Below are positions 20,448 to 32,152 of a DNA stretch of 64,000 bases, in pieces. Every line of letters begins with the position of its first letter. The first letter of the stretch is position 1. The DNA comes from Anaerolineae bacterium (GTDB lineage Bacteria > Chloroflexota > Anaerolineae > Aggregatilineales > J027). The notes under the pieces were generated by a model. It saw only the letters and a program-made list of their open reading frames with translations, was not told the DNA's origin and did no database searches. The DNA is taken from contig WBUL01000003.1 in NCBI GenBank assembly GCA_008933735.1, positions 235,019 to 299,018 on the forward strand. The letters are read 5' to 3'. The position numbers and the translations under genes were made by a program.

Positions 20448-21631
20448 CTCGGTTATTGATTGTGTTCTTGATAGGACTTTTGGTACTGCCTATGGTTTCT
20501 GCACAAGAATCAGGTGCGTTTTATACCGGAACTTATCAAAATGTGCTGGCTGAGTGGGGTTTGAGTAAAGCGGAAATTCAGACACGCATTGACCAGGCCT
20601 GGCAGCAGCTCTTTTACGGAGATGACAGGAACGAGCGGGTGTACTATCCGGTTGGGGAGGACATGGCCTACATGCTGGATGTTGCCAACAAGGATGTCCG
20701 CTCAGAGGGCATGTCTTATGGCATGATGATCGCCGTTCAACTGGACAAACAGGAAGAATTTAACCGCCTGTGGAAGTGGGCTAAAACTTACATGTATAAT
20801 GGCGAAGGCAGCGCCTATGAGGGTTTCTTTGCATGGCACTGCCTTCCCGACGGAACCCAAATCGATGTAAATCCCGCTTCGGATGGCGAAGTCTGGTTCG
20901 TGACCGCCCTGTTTTTTGCGGCAGGGCGCTGGGGCAATGGCGACGGCATCTTTAACTACACCGCAGAGGCCAACGCCATCCTTCGTACCATGCTCAGCGA
21001 AAAGATGTTCGATCCAGAGACCAAGCAGGTCGTATTTGTTCCGGGGGGGGTCACAGGAACGTTTACCGATCCTTCCTATCACCAGCCGCATTATTATGAA
21101 TTGTGGTCACGCTGGGCAACAGAAGATAATGAATTTTGGGCTGAAGCCGCTGCCGCCAGCCGCGCATTCTGGCAGACTACTGCTCACCCCGTTACGGGTT
21201 TGATGCCCAACTACGCTCAATTTACGGGCGAGCCTCAACCCTGGGGCGATTACGGGGACGTATTTTACGCAGATGCATGGCGCAACGCAATGAATGTCGC
21301 AGTGGATTATGCATGGTTCGCGGCTGATCCCTGGCAGGTTGAGCAGAGCAATCGCTGGCTGGAATTTTTCTACGGACTGGGAATCGGGCGGTACAACACT
21401 AAATTTATGATTGATGGGACACCGGTTGCCCCACAGCACCGCTCCACCGGACTCATTGCCATGAACGCGACCGCCAGCCTCGCCGCCACCACCGAACATC
21501 GCTGGGAATTTGTTGAGGAATTCTGGAACACACCCGTTCCTGCCGGGCAGTGGCGCTACTATGATGGGCTGCTATATATGCTGGCCCTGCTGCATCTGAG
21601 TGGCAACTTCCGTATTTATGAACCCTCCTAA
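20444..21631 (+). CDS. GH8 xylanase/oligoxylanase with signal peptide
   Basis: 'DVRSEGMSYGMMIAVQLD', 'PASDGE', 'FTDPSYH', 'DAWR', 'RYYDGLLYMLALLHLSGNF'. Confidence 0.92.
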   Translation: MTRLLIVFLIGLLVLPMVSAQESGAFYTGTYQNVLAEWGLSKAEIQTRIDQAWQQLFYGDDRNERVYYPVGEDMAYMLDVANKDVRSEGMSYGMMIAVQLDKQEEFNRLWKWAKTYMYNGEGSAYEGFFAWHCLPDGTQIDVNPASDGEVWFVTALFFAAGRWGNGDGIFNYTAEANAILRTMLSEKMFDPETKQVVFVPGGVTGTFTDPSYHQPHYYELWSRWATEDNEFWAEAAAASRAFWQTTAHPVTGLMPNYAQFTGEPQPWGDYGDVFYADAWRNAMNVAVDYAWFAADPWQVEQSNRWLEFFYGLGIGRYNTKFMIDGTPVAPQHRSTGLIAMNATASLAATTEHRWEFVEEFWNTPVPAGQWRYYDGLLYMLALLHLSGNFRIYEPS

Positions 21632-21649
21632 GTTACAGGCTCTCCTTGG

Positions 21650-21674
21650 GGCGGGTGGTCGCCTTCCACCCGCC
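21650..21674. terminator. Hairpin between convergent operons (likely terminator)
   Basis: GGCGGGTGG-N7-CCACCCGCC followed by TTGTTTT. Confidence 0.65.
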
Positions 21675-21688
21675 TTGTTTTCCCGTCG

Positions 21689-23167
21689 TTATAAGACCTG
21701 CTGCACGGCAGCTTTCCAGCCTGTATAGAGAGCTTCGACCTGCGCCTTATCCAACGCCGGACGATATGTCTGAAACTGGTGCGGCAGATTTTCCAGATCA
21801 TGCAGCGAGTCACAGATCCGCATTCCCAGCATCCCTGACATGACGGCTCCCAGCGCCGAAAGTTCCGGCAGACTGGAGGCACGTACCGTAAACTGTGTCA
21901 TGTCCGCCACAAATTGCATCAGAAAAGGGTTGTTGACCATTCCCCCATCGCCATGTATGTGCTGAAGGGTGACACTGGCATCGGCTGCCATCAAATCCAG
22001 GACATCTTTTACCTGGTAGGCAATCGATTCGAGAGCCGCCCGCACGATATGATTCTTAGTGCTGGCAGGCGTCAGACCAACAATCGCACCTTTCGCGTTG
22101 GGCTGCCAGTAGGGAGCGCTTAACCCAACAAAAGCGGGTACCAGATACACTCCGCCATTGTCCGCAACCGCTGCTGCCAGCCTTTCCGTTTCCTGAGGAG
22201 TTTCAATAAGCTGCATCTGGTCACGCAGCCAGGCTATCGTCGCGCCCGTAAAGTTAATGATGCCTTCAAAAGCATAAGTTGGTATCCCTTGATGCACCCA
22301 CCCGATGGTGGTCACAATGCCACTGGGGGACAGCCGCATGGTTTTGCCGATATTCAGCAGCACGGACGATCCGGTGCCAAATGTGACTTTGGCGCTGCCA
22401 GGGGTAAAACACCGTTCTGCGAACAGAGCCGCCTGGGAGTCTCCCATCACACCGCAGATGGGGATGACTTGTTTCAGCAGGCCGTCCAAATCGGTTTCGC
22501 CAAATACCGCGCTGCTTTCCCGTACTTCTGGCAGGGCCTGAAGCGGAACCTCAAATAACTCGCAGAGTTCTTCACTCCAATGGAGACGGGTAATATCATA
22601 CAGCAGCGTGCGGCAGGCGTTCGTTGAATCGCTGGCGAACACGTGTCCGCCCGTCAGCCGATAAATCAGGTAGCTGTCAATGGTACCAAGCAGCGCCTCG
22701 CCAGCATCAAGTTTTTGCTTAAGTTCAGGATGATGGTCAATCCACCATTTGATTTTTGAAGCCGGGAAATAGGTATCAATTTTAAGTCCGGTTAATTCCA
22801 GTACATAGTCGGCAAGCCCGGCCCGGATCAGTTCTGTACAAATGGGTTCGCCCCGGCGGCACTGCCATACAATCGCTTTTTGCAGGGGTTTTCCCGTCGT
22901 TTTTTCAAAAATGACAATCGTTTCACGCTGATTTGAAATGCTCAGACACAGCAGGTCGTTTTTGAGGTTTTCATGCCGACCGAGTAACTGCGTAAACGCT
23001 TTGAGGGTGTTCTGATAAATTTCCTCGGCGTCATGCTCCACCCAACCAGGCTGCGGATAATACTGCTGATGTTCTACCGAAATTTTGTCCAGTAGTTCAC
23101 CCTGGGTACTGAACAGCATGGCTTTGGTGGCTGAGGTACTCTGGTCAACAGCGAGAATTGTGGTCAT
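21689..23167 (-). CDS. FGGY/glycerol-kinase-family sugar kinase, probable apulose kinase
   Basis: 'AVDQSTSATKA', 'SNQRET', 'GDSQAALF', 'TFGTGS', 'VPAFVGL'. Adjacent to a split transketolase. Confidence 0.85.
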   Translation of the reverse strand: MTTILAVDQSTSATKAMLFSTQGELLDKISVEHQQYYPQPGWVEHDAEEIYQNTLKAFTQLLGRHENLKNDLLCLSISNQRETIVIFEKTTGKPLQKAIVWQCRRGEPICTELIRAGLADYVLELTGLKIDTYFPASKIKWWIDHHPELKQKLDAGEALLGTIDSYLIYRLTGGHVFASDSTNACRTLLYDITRLHWSEELCELFEVPLQALPEVRESSAVFGETDLDGLLKQVIPICGVMGDSQAALFAERCFTPGSAKVTFGTGSSVLLNIGKTMRLSPSGIVTTIGWVHQGIPTYAFEGIINFTGATIAWLRDQMQLIETPQETERLAAAVADNGGVYLVPAFVGLSAPYWQPNAKGAIVGLTPASTKNHIVRAALESIAYQVKDVLDLMAADASVTLQHIHGDGGMVNNPFLMQFVADMTQFTVRASSLPELSALGAVMSGMLGMRICDSLHDLENLPHQFQTYRPALDKAQVEALYTGWKAAVQQVL

Positions 23168-24117
23168 GCTTGCCTCTCCATCTGAAGCAGTTGGCGTGCG
23201 GTTTGTGCCAGACCTTCCGCCGAAATACCATAATGGTCAAAAATCTCAGATTGGCTGCCCGTGACAGTATATTCGTCAGGAATACCGACTATTTGGAAGG
23301 GCAGGCAAAAGCGGTGACGCAGTAGGAGTGAGGCACAGGTTTCGCCCAGCCCGCCGCAAACGCTGTGTTCTTCAACTGTGATAATAGCCCTGGTTTCGCG
23401 TGCTGCTTTGAGCAGGGTTTCAGTATCAAACGGTTTTAAGGTATGCATACTGATAACACGGCAGGAAATATCTTCTTTTTCCAGGATCTGTGCCGCTAAC
23501 AGCGCCCGTGTTACGGGTTCGCCTGTAGCGATCATGGTGACATCGTGCCCCTCGTGAATTGTGAGCGCCCTGCCGATTTCAAATTTCGTGTCCAGGGGAT
23601 GCAGGTGATACATCGGCTTTTTACCAAATCGCAGGTAAATCGGACGCGGGTGGTTGATTGCGGCTTGGACGGCCTCACGGGTTTCAAAATTGTCTGCTGG
23701 GGCCACAATATCAATATTGTTGATGGTCCGCAGCGCGGCGTAATCATGCAGCGAATGGTGGGTTGAACCCAGGGCTCCATAACTGACACCGGCGCTGATA
23801 CCGACAATCTTGACCGGATTATCCGAGTACGCTACGTCATTTTTGATCTGTTCCAGTGCCCGTGTTGTCAGAAAACATGCCGGGGAAACCGCGAACACTT
23901 TTTTCCCAGCGGAAGCCAGCCCCGCCGAAACTCCGACCAGATTCTGTTCGGCAATCCCCACTTCGATAATCTGGTCAGGGAGAGTTTGCCCGAAAGGGAC
24001 GAGCTTGGCGGATCCGCGTGAATCGCTGGTCACGACCAGGATATTGTGATCCTGCATCGCCAGCTCCAGCAGGGTTTCCGCAAACACATCTTGATTCGAT
24101 TGGCCCAGTTCCATCAC
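23164..24117 (-). CDS. Transketolase C-terminal subunit (probable apulose-4-phosphate transketolase B)
   Basis: 'EVGIAEQN', 'GSTHHS', 'TVEEHS'. Confidence 0.9.
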   Translation of the reverse strand: MMELGQSNQDVFAETLLELAMQDHNILVVTSDSRGSAKLVPFGQTLPDQIIEVGIAEQNLVGVSAGLASAGKKVFAVSPACFLTTRALEQIKNDVAYSDNPVKIVGISAGVSYGALGSTHHSLHDYAALRTINNIDIVAPADNFETREAVQAAINHPRPIYLRFGKKPMYHLHPLDTKFEIGRALTIHEGHDVTMIATGEPVTRALLAAQILEKEDISCRVISMHTLKPFDTETLLKAARETRAIITVEEHSVCGGLGETCASLLLRHRFCLPFQIVGIPDEYTVTGSQSEIFDHYGISAEGLAQTARQLLQMERQA

Positions 24118-24950
24118 ACCGCCGCCTTTACCTGTTCTGCTGACAGATTCAATTCCTGTATTGCCTGCTGGTATTCCGCATCATTCGGGACTTTATGATG
24201 CCATTTGACGGCGTCTTCCATAAAGCTGACCCCCTTGCCCTTCACCGTGTGTGCAATGATCAGATTGGGCTTGCCTTTTGCAAAAGGCACCTGCCCAAAA
24301 ATCTCCACGAGCGCTGCAATATCATTCCCATCAACGTGCCGCACCTCATAGCCAAACGCCTCGAATTTATCTTCCAAAGGCTCAAGACTGTTGACTTCTT
24401 CTGTTCGCCCGGTGATTTGCAGGGTATTGCGGTCAATGATGACAACAAGATTATCCAGTTTGTAGTGGGAAGCGGTCATAGAGGCCTCCCAGCTCGACCC
24501 TTCGGCCAGTTCGCCATCACCAAGTAAGGTAAAGACGCGGTAGCTGCGCCCATCTTTTTTACCAGCAATCGCGGTTCCCACGGCCATTGAAAGACCGTGC
24601 CCCAATGCTCCTGTATTTTGCTCAATGCCGGGAACTTTACGGGTGGGATGCCCGATAAAATGCGATTTATACCGATTTAGAGTATAGAGTTCTTCTCTGG
24701 GATAAAACCCCTTGTCCGCCAATACGGTGTACAACGCTTCCACCGAATGACCTTTACTCTGGATATAACGGTCACGGTTCGGGTCCGTGAAATTTTGCGG
24801 AGAGATGTTCATCACATGGTTGTAAAGCACGTTTAAAATATCAGTGCAGGAGAGGCTTCCGGCGGTATGGCCTGCCCCGCCGTGTTTGATAATATCCAGA
24901 ATCGTTTTCCGATATTCCACCGATTTCAGTTTTAACGCTCGAATGTCCAT
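24114..24950 (-). CDS. Transketolase N-terminal subunit (probable apulose-4-phosphate transketolase A)
   Basis: 'GHTAGSLS', 'SKGH', 'TGALGHG', ThDP motif 'GDGELAEG...DRN', 'KGKG'. Confidence 0.9.
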   Translation of the reverse strand: MDIRALKLKSVEYRKTILDIIKHGGAGHTAGSLSCTDILNVLYNHVMNISPQNFTDPNRDRYIQSKGHSVEALYTVLADKGFYPREELYTLNRYKSHFIGHPTRKVPGIEQNTGALGHGLSMAVGTAIAGKKDGRSYRVFTLLGDGELAEGSSWEASMTASHYKLDNLVVIIDRNTLQITGRTEEVNSLEPLEDKFEAFGYEVRHVDGNDIAALVEIFGQVPFAKGKPNLIIAHTVKGKGVSFMEDAVKWHHKVPNDAEYQQAIQELNLSAEQVKAAV

Positions 24951-24974
24951 AAAGCCTCTCTGGTTGCTGTTCGT

Positions 24975-25394
24975 TTATGCAGGCTGAACTACACCTATCG
25001 TGAGCAAAATGCAGGCCCAGGTACGCTGTTCGCCCGTTGCGATGACCAACGCCGTATTGACGGAACGTGCTGCTTCATAAAATGGAAATCGCCCTAATCT
25101 TTGGATTTCGACTCCTGGCAGAATATCCCGATATTCCTTAAAAATCGCAGGCTCGGAACCGTCGTCCGGAGCAATTCCATGTGCCGCTTCAACGGGTATC
25201 GCCGAAGCAATTACACGCAGAACGTCGGTTACGGTGAGCAAACCCGGCGCAAGGTTCAGGTAGACATGCTCGGCGGCAGGATTTGTACCCGTGCTGTGCG
25301 GGTAGTTACCATCTGAAATAAGCACCTGCGATCCATGTCCGGCAGATGCCAGGGCTTTCAAAATATCGGGGTGGATAAGTTGTGAACGAAGCAT
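24975..25394 (-). CDS. RbsD/FucU family sugar mutarotase
   Basis: 'ALASAGHGSQVLISDGNYP', 'RFPFYE', 'IATGE'. ATG 25394 after AGGAG. Confidence 0.88.
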   Translation of the reverse strand: MLRSQLIHPDILKALASAGHGSQVLISDGNYPHSTGTNPAAEHVYLNLAPGLLTVTDVLRVIASAIPVEAAHGIAPDDGSEPAIFKEYRDILPGVEIQRLGRFPFYEAARSVNTALVIATGEQRTWACILLTIGVVQPA

Positions 25395-25416
25395 GTTATT
25401 CTCCTGATTTTGCAAG

Positions 25417-25441
25417 GGGGAGCAGGAGAACCCTGCTCCCC
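25417..25441 (-). other. Stem-loop downstream of the binding-protein gene
   Basis: GGGGAGCAGG-N5-CCTGCTCCCC. Confidence 0.6.
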
Positions 25442-25466
25442 TTGAGATGAGAAGAAATACGTACTG

Positions 25467-27311
<1,845 letters not shown>

Positions 27312-27386
27312 TTACCTTTCATTTGGTCTAAGTCTTTTCGATAGGTAAAAGCATTTCATTCTCGTTTGGTGCTCCACCTCCTCTCG

Positions 27387-28442
27387 TTAAATAACATTCC
27401 GTTCCTGTAAACGGTGCTGCAACTGGTCAATGATGACCGCCAGAATAATCACAATGCCGGTAATAACGGTCTGCCAGAAGGAACTTACCCCTTCGATGAT
27501 CATGCCGTTGTTCAAAACGCCAATTACAAAAGCGCCGATAATCGTGCCGCCAATTGTGCCGCGCCCGCCGGAAAGCGAGGTGCCACCCAGCACCACTGCT
27601 GCAATCGCATTGAGTTCAAAACTCTGGCCTGTAGCAGGGTGGGCAGAGACCAACTGCGAGGTGATGATCAACCCAACAACGGCCGAGCAAAAACCCGAAA
27701 TGACATAAGCCACCAGCGTGACCACTTTGACCCGTACCCCGGACAATCGTGCTGCTCGTTCATTGCCGCCAATGGCATAAATCTGCCGCCCGAAAGGTGT
27801 CTTAGTAGCGATAAACGTTGCAAAGAGAGCCAGCGCTGCCATAATCCAGATGGAGTAGGGAAGGTCGAGGATTTCCCCTGTTCCCAGCTTCGGAAAGCCC
27901 GTGTTACCCAACTCAGGGTCGCCAATCAGGTTAGGAAAGGTCGCCCCATTGTTACGCAGCAGGGCAAGCCCCCTTGCGATGTACAGCGTTCCCAGAGTTG
28001 CAATAAATGGTGCAACACTGAACCGCGTGACCAGCACGCCGTTAAACGCGCCTACAGCCATCCCTACGAGCAGCGTGAGAAACATCACGATCCACACATT
28101 AAAGTAAATGACGACCCCGAACATCGGCAGGATAATGCCCTCGTTAATCAGGCCCCCGACCACCATGCCGCATAACCCGACGACCGATCCGACGGACAGA
28201 TCAATGCCGCCTGTCAAAATCACGAAGGTCATGCCGATACCGAGGATAGCGTTAATGGCGACCTGTTTAGTCAGGATGATCAGATTGTTCGTCTGGAGAA
28301 AACTATCCGAGTACACAGCAAAGAACCCGAACAGGATAATCAGGGCAATAAACGCCCGGAGCTGGAAAAGAATGGCTTGAATCGGGGTTCGTCGCTGCCC
28401 GGCGGCTGCGCTGGCAGGCGCTTTGGTTGTAACGCCTTGCAT
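27387..28442 (-). CDS. Monosaccharide ABC transporter permease (RbsC-like)
   Basis: 'ILTGGIDLSVGS', 'GRQIYAIGGNERAARLSG', 'ELNAIAAVVLGGTSLSGG'. Confidence 0.93.
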   Translation of the reverse strand: MQGVTTKAPASAAAGQRRTPIQAILFQLRAFIALIILFGFFAVYSDSFLQTNNLIILTKQVAINAILGIGMTFVILTGGIDLSVGSVVGLCGMVVGGLINEGIILPMFGVVIYFNVWIVMFLTLLVGMAVGAFNGVLVTRFSVAPFIATLGTLYIARGLALLRNNGATFPNLIGDPELGNTGFPKLGTGEILDLPYSIWIMAALALFATFIATKTPFGRQIYAIGGNERAARLSGVRVKVVTLVAYVISGFCSAVVGLIITSQLVSAHPATGQSFELNAIAAVVLGGTSLSGGRGTIGGTIIGAFVIGVLNNGMIIEGVSSFWQTVITGIVIILAVIIDQLQHRLQERNVI

Positions 28443-28447
28443 AGTTC

Positions 28448-29986
28448 TTACACTCCTGTCTTTATTAACTCGTGACCAATCACCGAAGCCTCTACCAGCG
28501 CTTGCTCAGTAGCCTCCAACCGGCTCATTTCCGCCGTGATGCGCCCTTTTGCCATAACGAGGATCCGATCCGCCATCGCCATGACTTCCTTGAGTTCGGT
28601 TGAAACGAAGATAATGCCCAGCCCACGCTTAGCGAGTTCGGACATAATGCTGAAAATTTCTGCCTTCGCGCCCACATCAATCCCGCGTGTGGGTTCGTCC
28701 ATCAGCAGGAGTTTAGGCGAAGTCAGCAGCGCCTTGGCAACCACGACCTTCTGTTGATTGCCACCGCTTAAGGAACTGATCAGATTCTGTGGATTAGAAA
28801 CTTTAATCGCCAGCTCCTTGATCAAGCGGTCAACATTGGCTTTTTCTTTCGCGCTGGAAAGATAAAATCGCGCCAGATAATTTCTCAGGCTGGCAAGCAG
28901 CATGTTGTGTGATACCGAAAGTGTCTGGACGAGCCCTTCACGCTGACGATCTTCGGGGATGAGCATCATGCCTGTTTGGATACGCTGGTTGATAGCCGCT
29001 TTCATTTCCACTTTTTGACCGGCCAGCCAGATTTCACCTCCCGCATGAGGATGCAGCCCCATCAGCGTTTCAAAAAGCTCCGTCCGCCCTGCGCCCATTA
29101 ACCCATAAATACCCACGATTTCTCCGGCACGCAGCGAAAATGAGACATGGTCAAGCAGATAGGCCTGCACTTTACCGGGACGTTCCAGGGTCAGGTTTTC
29201 AACCCTCAGAATTTCCTCACCAAAGTCGTGCTTGGGGGGCGTGTAGGAAACGGCAGTATCGTGCCCCACCATACTCTGAACAATCCAGCGCAGGTTGACC
29301 TTTTCCATCGGGGATTCCGCCACAAGTTCTCCATCGCGCAGAACGGTGACATAATCAGCAATTTGCAGAAGTTCATCCAGTTTGTGGGAGATATAGACGA
29401 TGGATACCCCCTGAGCTTTCAGTTCCTGAATCACACGGAACAAAATCTCGACTTCTGAGGTGCTGAGCGCTGAGGTCGGCTCATCCATAATCAGGATTTG
29501 CATCTCCTGAGACAGTGCTTTTGCAATTTCGACAATTTGCTGCTGTCCAATGCGGAGATTGGCAACCAGGGTACGTGGGTTAATGGGCTGTTCCAGGCGT
29601 GCCAACAACCCTGCCGCACGCTTTTCCTGCTCCCCGTGTTTAATTACCATGCCGCCCCGCGTAATCTCGTGTGCCATGTGAATGTTTTCACTGACACTCA
29701 GATTCGGGAACAGATTCAATTCCTGATAAATAATACCGATCCCCAGTGATTCTGCCTCGCGAGGCGACTTAGGCGCGATTTCTTTCCCATTCAGCAGCAG
29801 GGTGCCGTCGGTATACTGCTCCACGCCCGCCAGGATTTTCATCAGGGTAGATTTGCCTGCCCCGTTTTCCCCGATCAGGGCATTGACCTTGCCCCGATAG
29901 ATGTTGAAATTGACTTCATCCAGAGCAACGGTGCCGGGGTAAATCTTGGTAATTTTTTCGGCGCGTAAAATGATGTCGTCCATCAC
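28448..29986 (-). CDS. Monosaccharide ABC transporter ATPase (RbsA-like, two NBDs)
   Basis: 'GENGAGKSTL', 'MDEPT', 'LSGGNQQK', 'DEPTRGIDVGAK'. Confidence 0.95.
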   Translation of the reverse strand: MMDDIILRAEKITKIYPGTVALDEVNFNIYRGKVNALIGENGAGKSTLMKILAGVEQYTDGTLLLNGKEIAPKSPREAESLGIGIIYQELNLFPNLSVSENIHMAHEITRGGMVIKHGEQEKRAAGLLARLEQPINPRTLVANLRIGQQQIVEIAKALSQEMQILIMDEPTSALSTSEVEILFRVIQELKAQGVSIVYISHKLDELLQIADYVTVLRDGELVAESPMEKVNLRWIVQSMVGHDTAVSYTPPKHDFGEEILRVENLTLERPGKVQAYLLDHVSFSLRAGEIVGIYGLMGAGRTELFETLMGLHPHAGGEIWLAGQKVEMKAAINQRIQTGMMLIPEDRQREGLVQTLSVSHNMLLASLRNYLARFYLSSAKEKANVDRLIKELAIKVSNPQNLISSLSGGNQQKVVVAKALLTSPKLLLMDEPTRGIDVGAKAEIFSIMSELAKRGLGIIFVSTELKEVMAMADRILVMAKGRITAEMSRLEATEQALVEASVIGHELIKTGV

Positions 29987-30618
29987 CCCTGCACCTCAAC
30001 AATAACGGGCACAATTTCGATATTACTGCGGTCTACCAGCGAAAATGCACCGTGAAACTTGAGGGTTTTTCCGTCGATGTTTTGCAGATCAATCGAACCA
30101 ATGACTCCTTCAATCACCCGGTCTTTAAGTGCCGATGACACATCGGCGAATTCGGTCTGATTGACAAAATCATTAAAATTAATAAACCCTACCGCATCAC
30201 GCAGTGCATTGTTACGGCGGGGAATCACCGGGCCAGTGAGAATGCTGGCGTCTGACTGTCCATCGTAGGGCGCAAAATCCAGTGTGATTCGACCGATACG
30301 GAGTTCTTCGCTGTAAGCAATTGCTTTTGCTTCACCATAAATCATAAAACTGTATTCGCCTGTGCCGGAGCGGTGTCCGTATGTCTGAATAGCCGTGTTC
30401 TGGTTAGCATCAATCTGTTGAAGTAGTTGTGTGACTTCGACAGCCTCATCCTGGAAAGTCGGGATGAGTTTGCTGTCCCAGATGCTGTCCACATATTTGG
30501 CCGCGTTGAATCCCGCTTTGGCCTCCTCATCTTCGTCAATAGAACGAATGGTTGCGATCTTGCAGGCAGAAAACATGGGAACAAGCAGAAGCACCATTAC
30601 AAAGTATTTCAGTCGCAT
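29983..30618 (-). CDS. DUF2291 family lipoprotein
   Basis: Lipobox MFSAC. 'ALRDAVGFINFNDFVNQTEFA', 'IVPV'. Confidence 0.85.
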   Translation of the reverse strand: MRLKYFVMVLLLVPMFSACKIATIRSIDEDEEAKAGFNAAKYVDSIWDSKLIPTFQDEAVEVTQLLQQIDANQNTAIQTYGHRSGTGEYSFMIYGEAKAIAYSEELRIGRITLDFAPYDGQSDASILTGPVIPRRNNALRDAVGFINFNDFVNQTEFADVSSALKDRVIEGVIGSIDLQNIDGKTLKFHGAFSLVDRSNIEIVPVIVEVQG

Positions 30619-30620
30619 TT

Positions 30621-31571
30621 CTAGCCCAAAAGCCTCTCAGCAGTAAAATTGTCGGTGATAAGGACGTTAATCCATTGCCCCGCCAGTGCACCGCGAATCG
30701 CCTGGGTTTTACGCTGCCCCCCCGCGATGCCAACAGTCCGCTCGATATTCCGAAGCTGCTCCAGACTCATGCCAATCACCCGGTCATTCAGGGGGGTTAC
30801 GGCTGGATTCCCATCGGCGTCAAAAAAGCGGAGGCAGATGTCGCCTACGGCTCCAACCTTCCTTAAGAGTTCCAGGGCTTCGGGTTCAAATATATTGCCA
30901 CTGCTCGCCAGGAGCTTGGAAGGCTCAACCGCACCAATACCCACCAGTGCCAGCGTAACGTGGTCAAACAGGTCAACCGCCGCTTTCACAAACGGCTCAT
31001 TCAGCAGGATTTGACGTGATTCGACTGACCCAACAACCCCTGGCGCGGGCAAAAAGATCGCTGTCCCCTGAATCAGCTTTACCAGTCGCTCAGTCAGCCG
31101 TGTCGCATGGACTTCTGCCGCCGGATTGCCGACCCCGCCCAGGATTTGCACGACCTGCGTCTCCAACTTCCGATTCAGGGGGTGCATGGCATCAACCATC
31201 TGGAGGAGCGTGGCACTCCATGACGAAATGCCCACGATTTCATTTTTCTTGAGCGTATTTTCCAGGTAAAAAGCAGCGGCGGAGCCAAGACCCCGCAAAA
31301 TAGATTCGTCTTCGTCCTCGGCGCAGTGAGCCACGATAACTTCTTTTAACCCATAGGCTTTTTGCAGGGCTTCTTCGAGGTGGGTATACACACCAGCAGG
31401 CAAGCTGACCGCAATACGGACGATTTTTTCATCCTCTGCCCGTTTGAGAAGACGCGAAACCGTTGCTTGAGAAATATCCATTTGTTTGGCAATTTGAGAC
31501 TGCGTGAGGTGGAGTTCGTAGTAGTGGTGTGCCACCTTCGCCATCAGGCGAAGTTCTTCTAAACGGGGCAT
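30621..31571 (-). CDS. SorC/DeoR-family sugar-binding transcriptional regulator
   Basis: 'HYYELHLTQSQIAKQMDISQATVSRLL', 'GAVGDI', 'IAGG..K..AI', 'LITD'. Likely start ATG 31571. Confidence 0.92.
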   Translation of the reverse strand: MPRLEELRLMAKVAHHYYELHLTQSQIAKQMDISQATVSRLLKRAEDEKIVRIAVSLPAGVYTHLEEALQKAYGLKEVIVAHCAEDEDESILRGLGSAAAFYLENTLKKNEIVGISSWSATLLQMVDAMHPLNRKLETQVVQILGGVGNPAAEVHATRLTERLVKLIQGTAIFLPAPGVVGSVESRQILLNEPFVKAAVDLFDHVTLALVGIGAVEPSKLLASSGNIFEPEALELLRKVGAVGDICLRFFDADGNPAVTPLNDRVIGMSLEQLRNIERTVGIAGGQRKTQAIRGALAGQWINVLITDNFTAERLLG

Positions 31572-31601
31572 TCCCAAAGTATCCTTAAGAAAAATTTTCA
31601 T

Positions 31602-31635
31602 CTGAATAAATATTCAGCATTGAAATTCTATTCAG
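31602..31635. promoter_or_regulatory. Two tandem SorC-type operator boxes (TGAA-N6-TTCA)
   Basis: CTGAATAAATATTCAG (31602-31617) and TGAAATTCTATTCA (31621-31634) directly upstream of the regulator. Confidence 0.6.
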
Positions 31636-31693
31636 ATAAAATAATGATACTTCATTCTTTTGAGAGAGTCAAGCAGTTTGGGAATAAAAATTC

Positions 31694-32152
31694 TTACTCG
31701 GACAGGAGTTGTTCGGCTTCTCGCAGCGCATCACCGGCGGTCAAGACCATCCGCACCCCTCGGTCAATGACATCGGGCGGAATTTCGGTGCGCGGATTCT
31801 CGCATTCTGCCTGCCACAAACGCACCGCGTCTGCCAGTTCTACTGCCGCCGTGCGAAGTTCCATTCCAATTGGCTGGTCATCCGAAAAACGTTCCGGCGA
31901 AATGATCTCATATTCCGTACCACACTGCGCGGTTTCCCCTCTGGAAATTGCTCCCCAGACGGCATCCATGCTGGTATGCAGTTGGCGAAGCTGTTCAAAT
32001 CCCGTTTCATAGGCCTGTCGTTCTTCCAGCGACAAGGTTGGGGGGAAATTTATTATAGTAGCGGAGGGAGGGATAACTTCCTTTCTATTTTCTTCATCAG
32101 AACAGGCGGCTAAGACACCACAGATCAGGAATACCAGAACGATTTGTCTCAT
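31694..32152 (-). CDS. Hypothetical lipoprotein
   Basis: Lipobox LAAC. Helical domain with two further Cys. Overlaps the hemW stop. Confidence 0.7.
   Translation of the reverse strand: MRQIVLVFLICGVLAACSDEENRKEVIPPSATIINFPPTLSLEERQAYETGFEQLRQLHTSMDAVWGAISRGETAQCGTEYEIISPERFSDDQPIGMELRTAAVELADAVRLWQAECENPRTEIPPDVIDRGVRMVLTAGDALREAEQLLSE

Noticed and set aside
21689-23167. Canonical glycerol kinase glpK
   Set aside because: No glpD or glpF context. The DQSTSATK motif and linkage to a split transketolase favour a different substrate.
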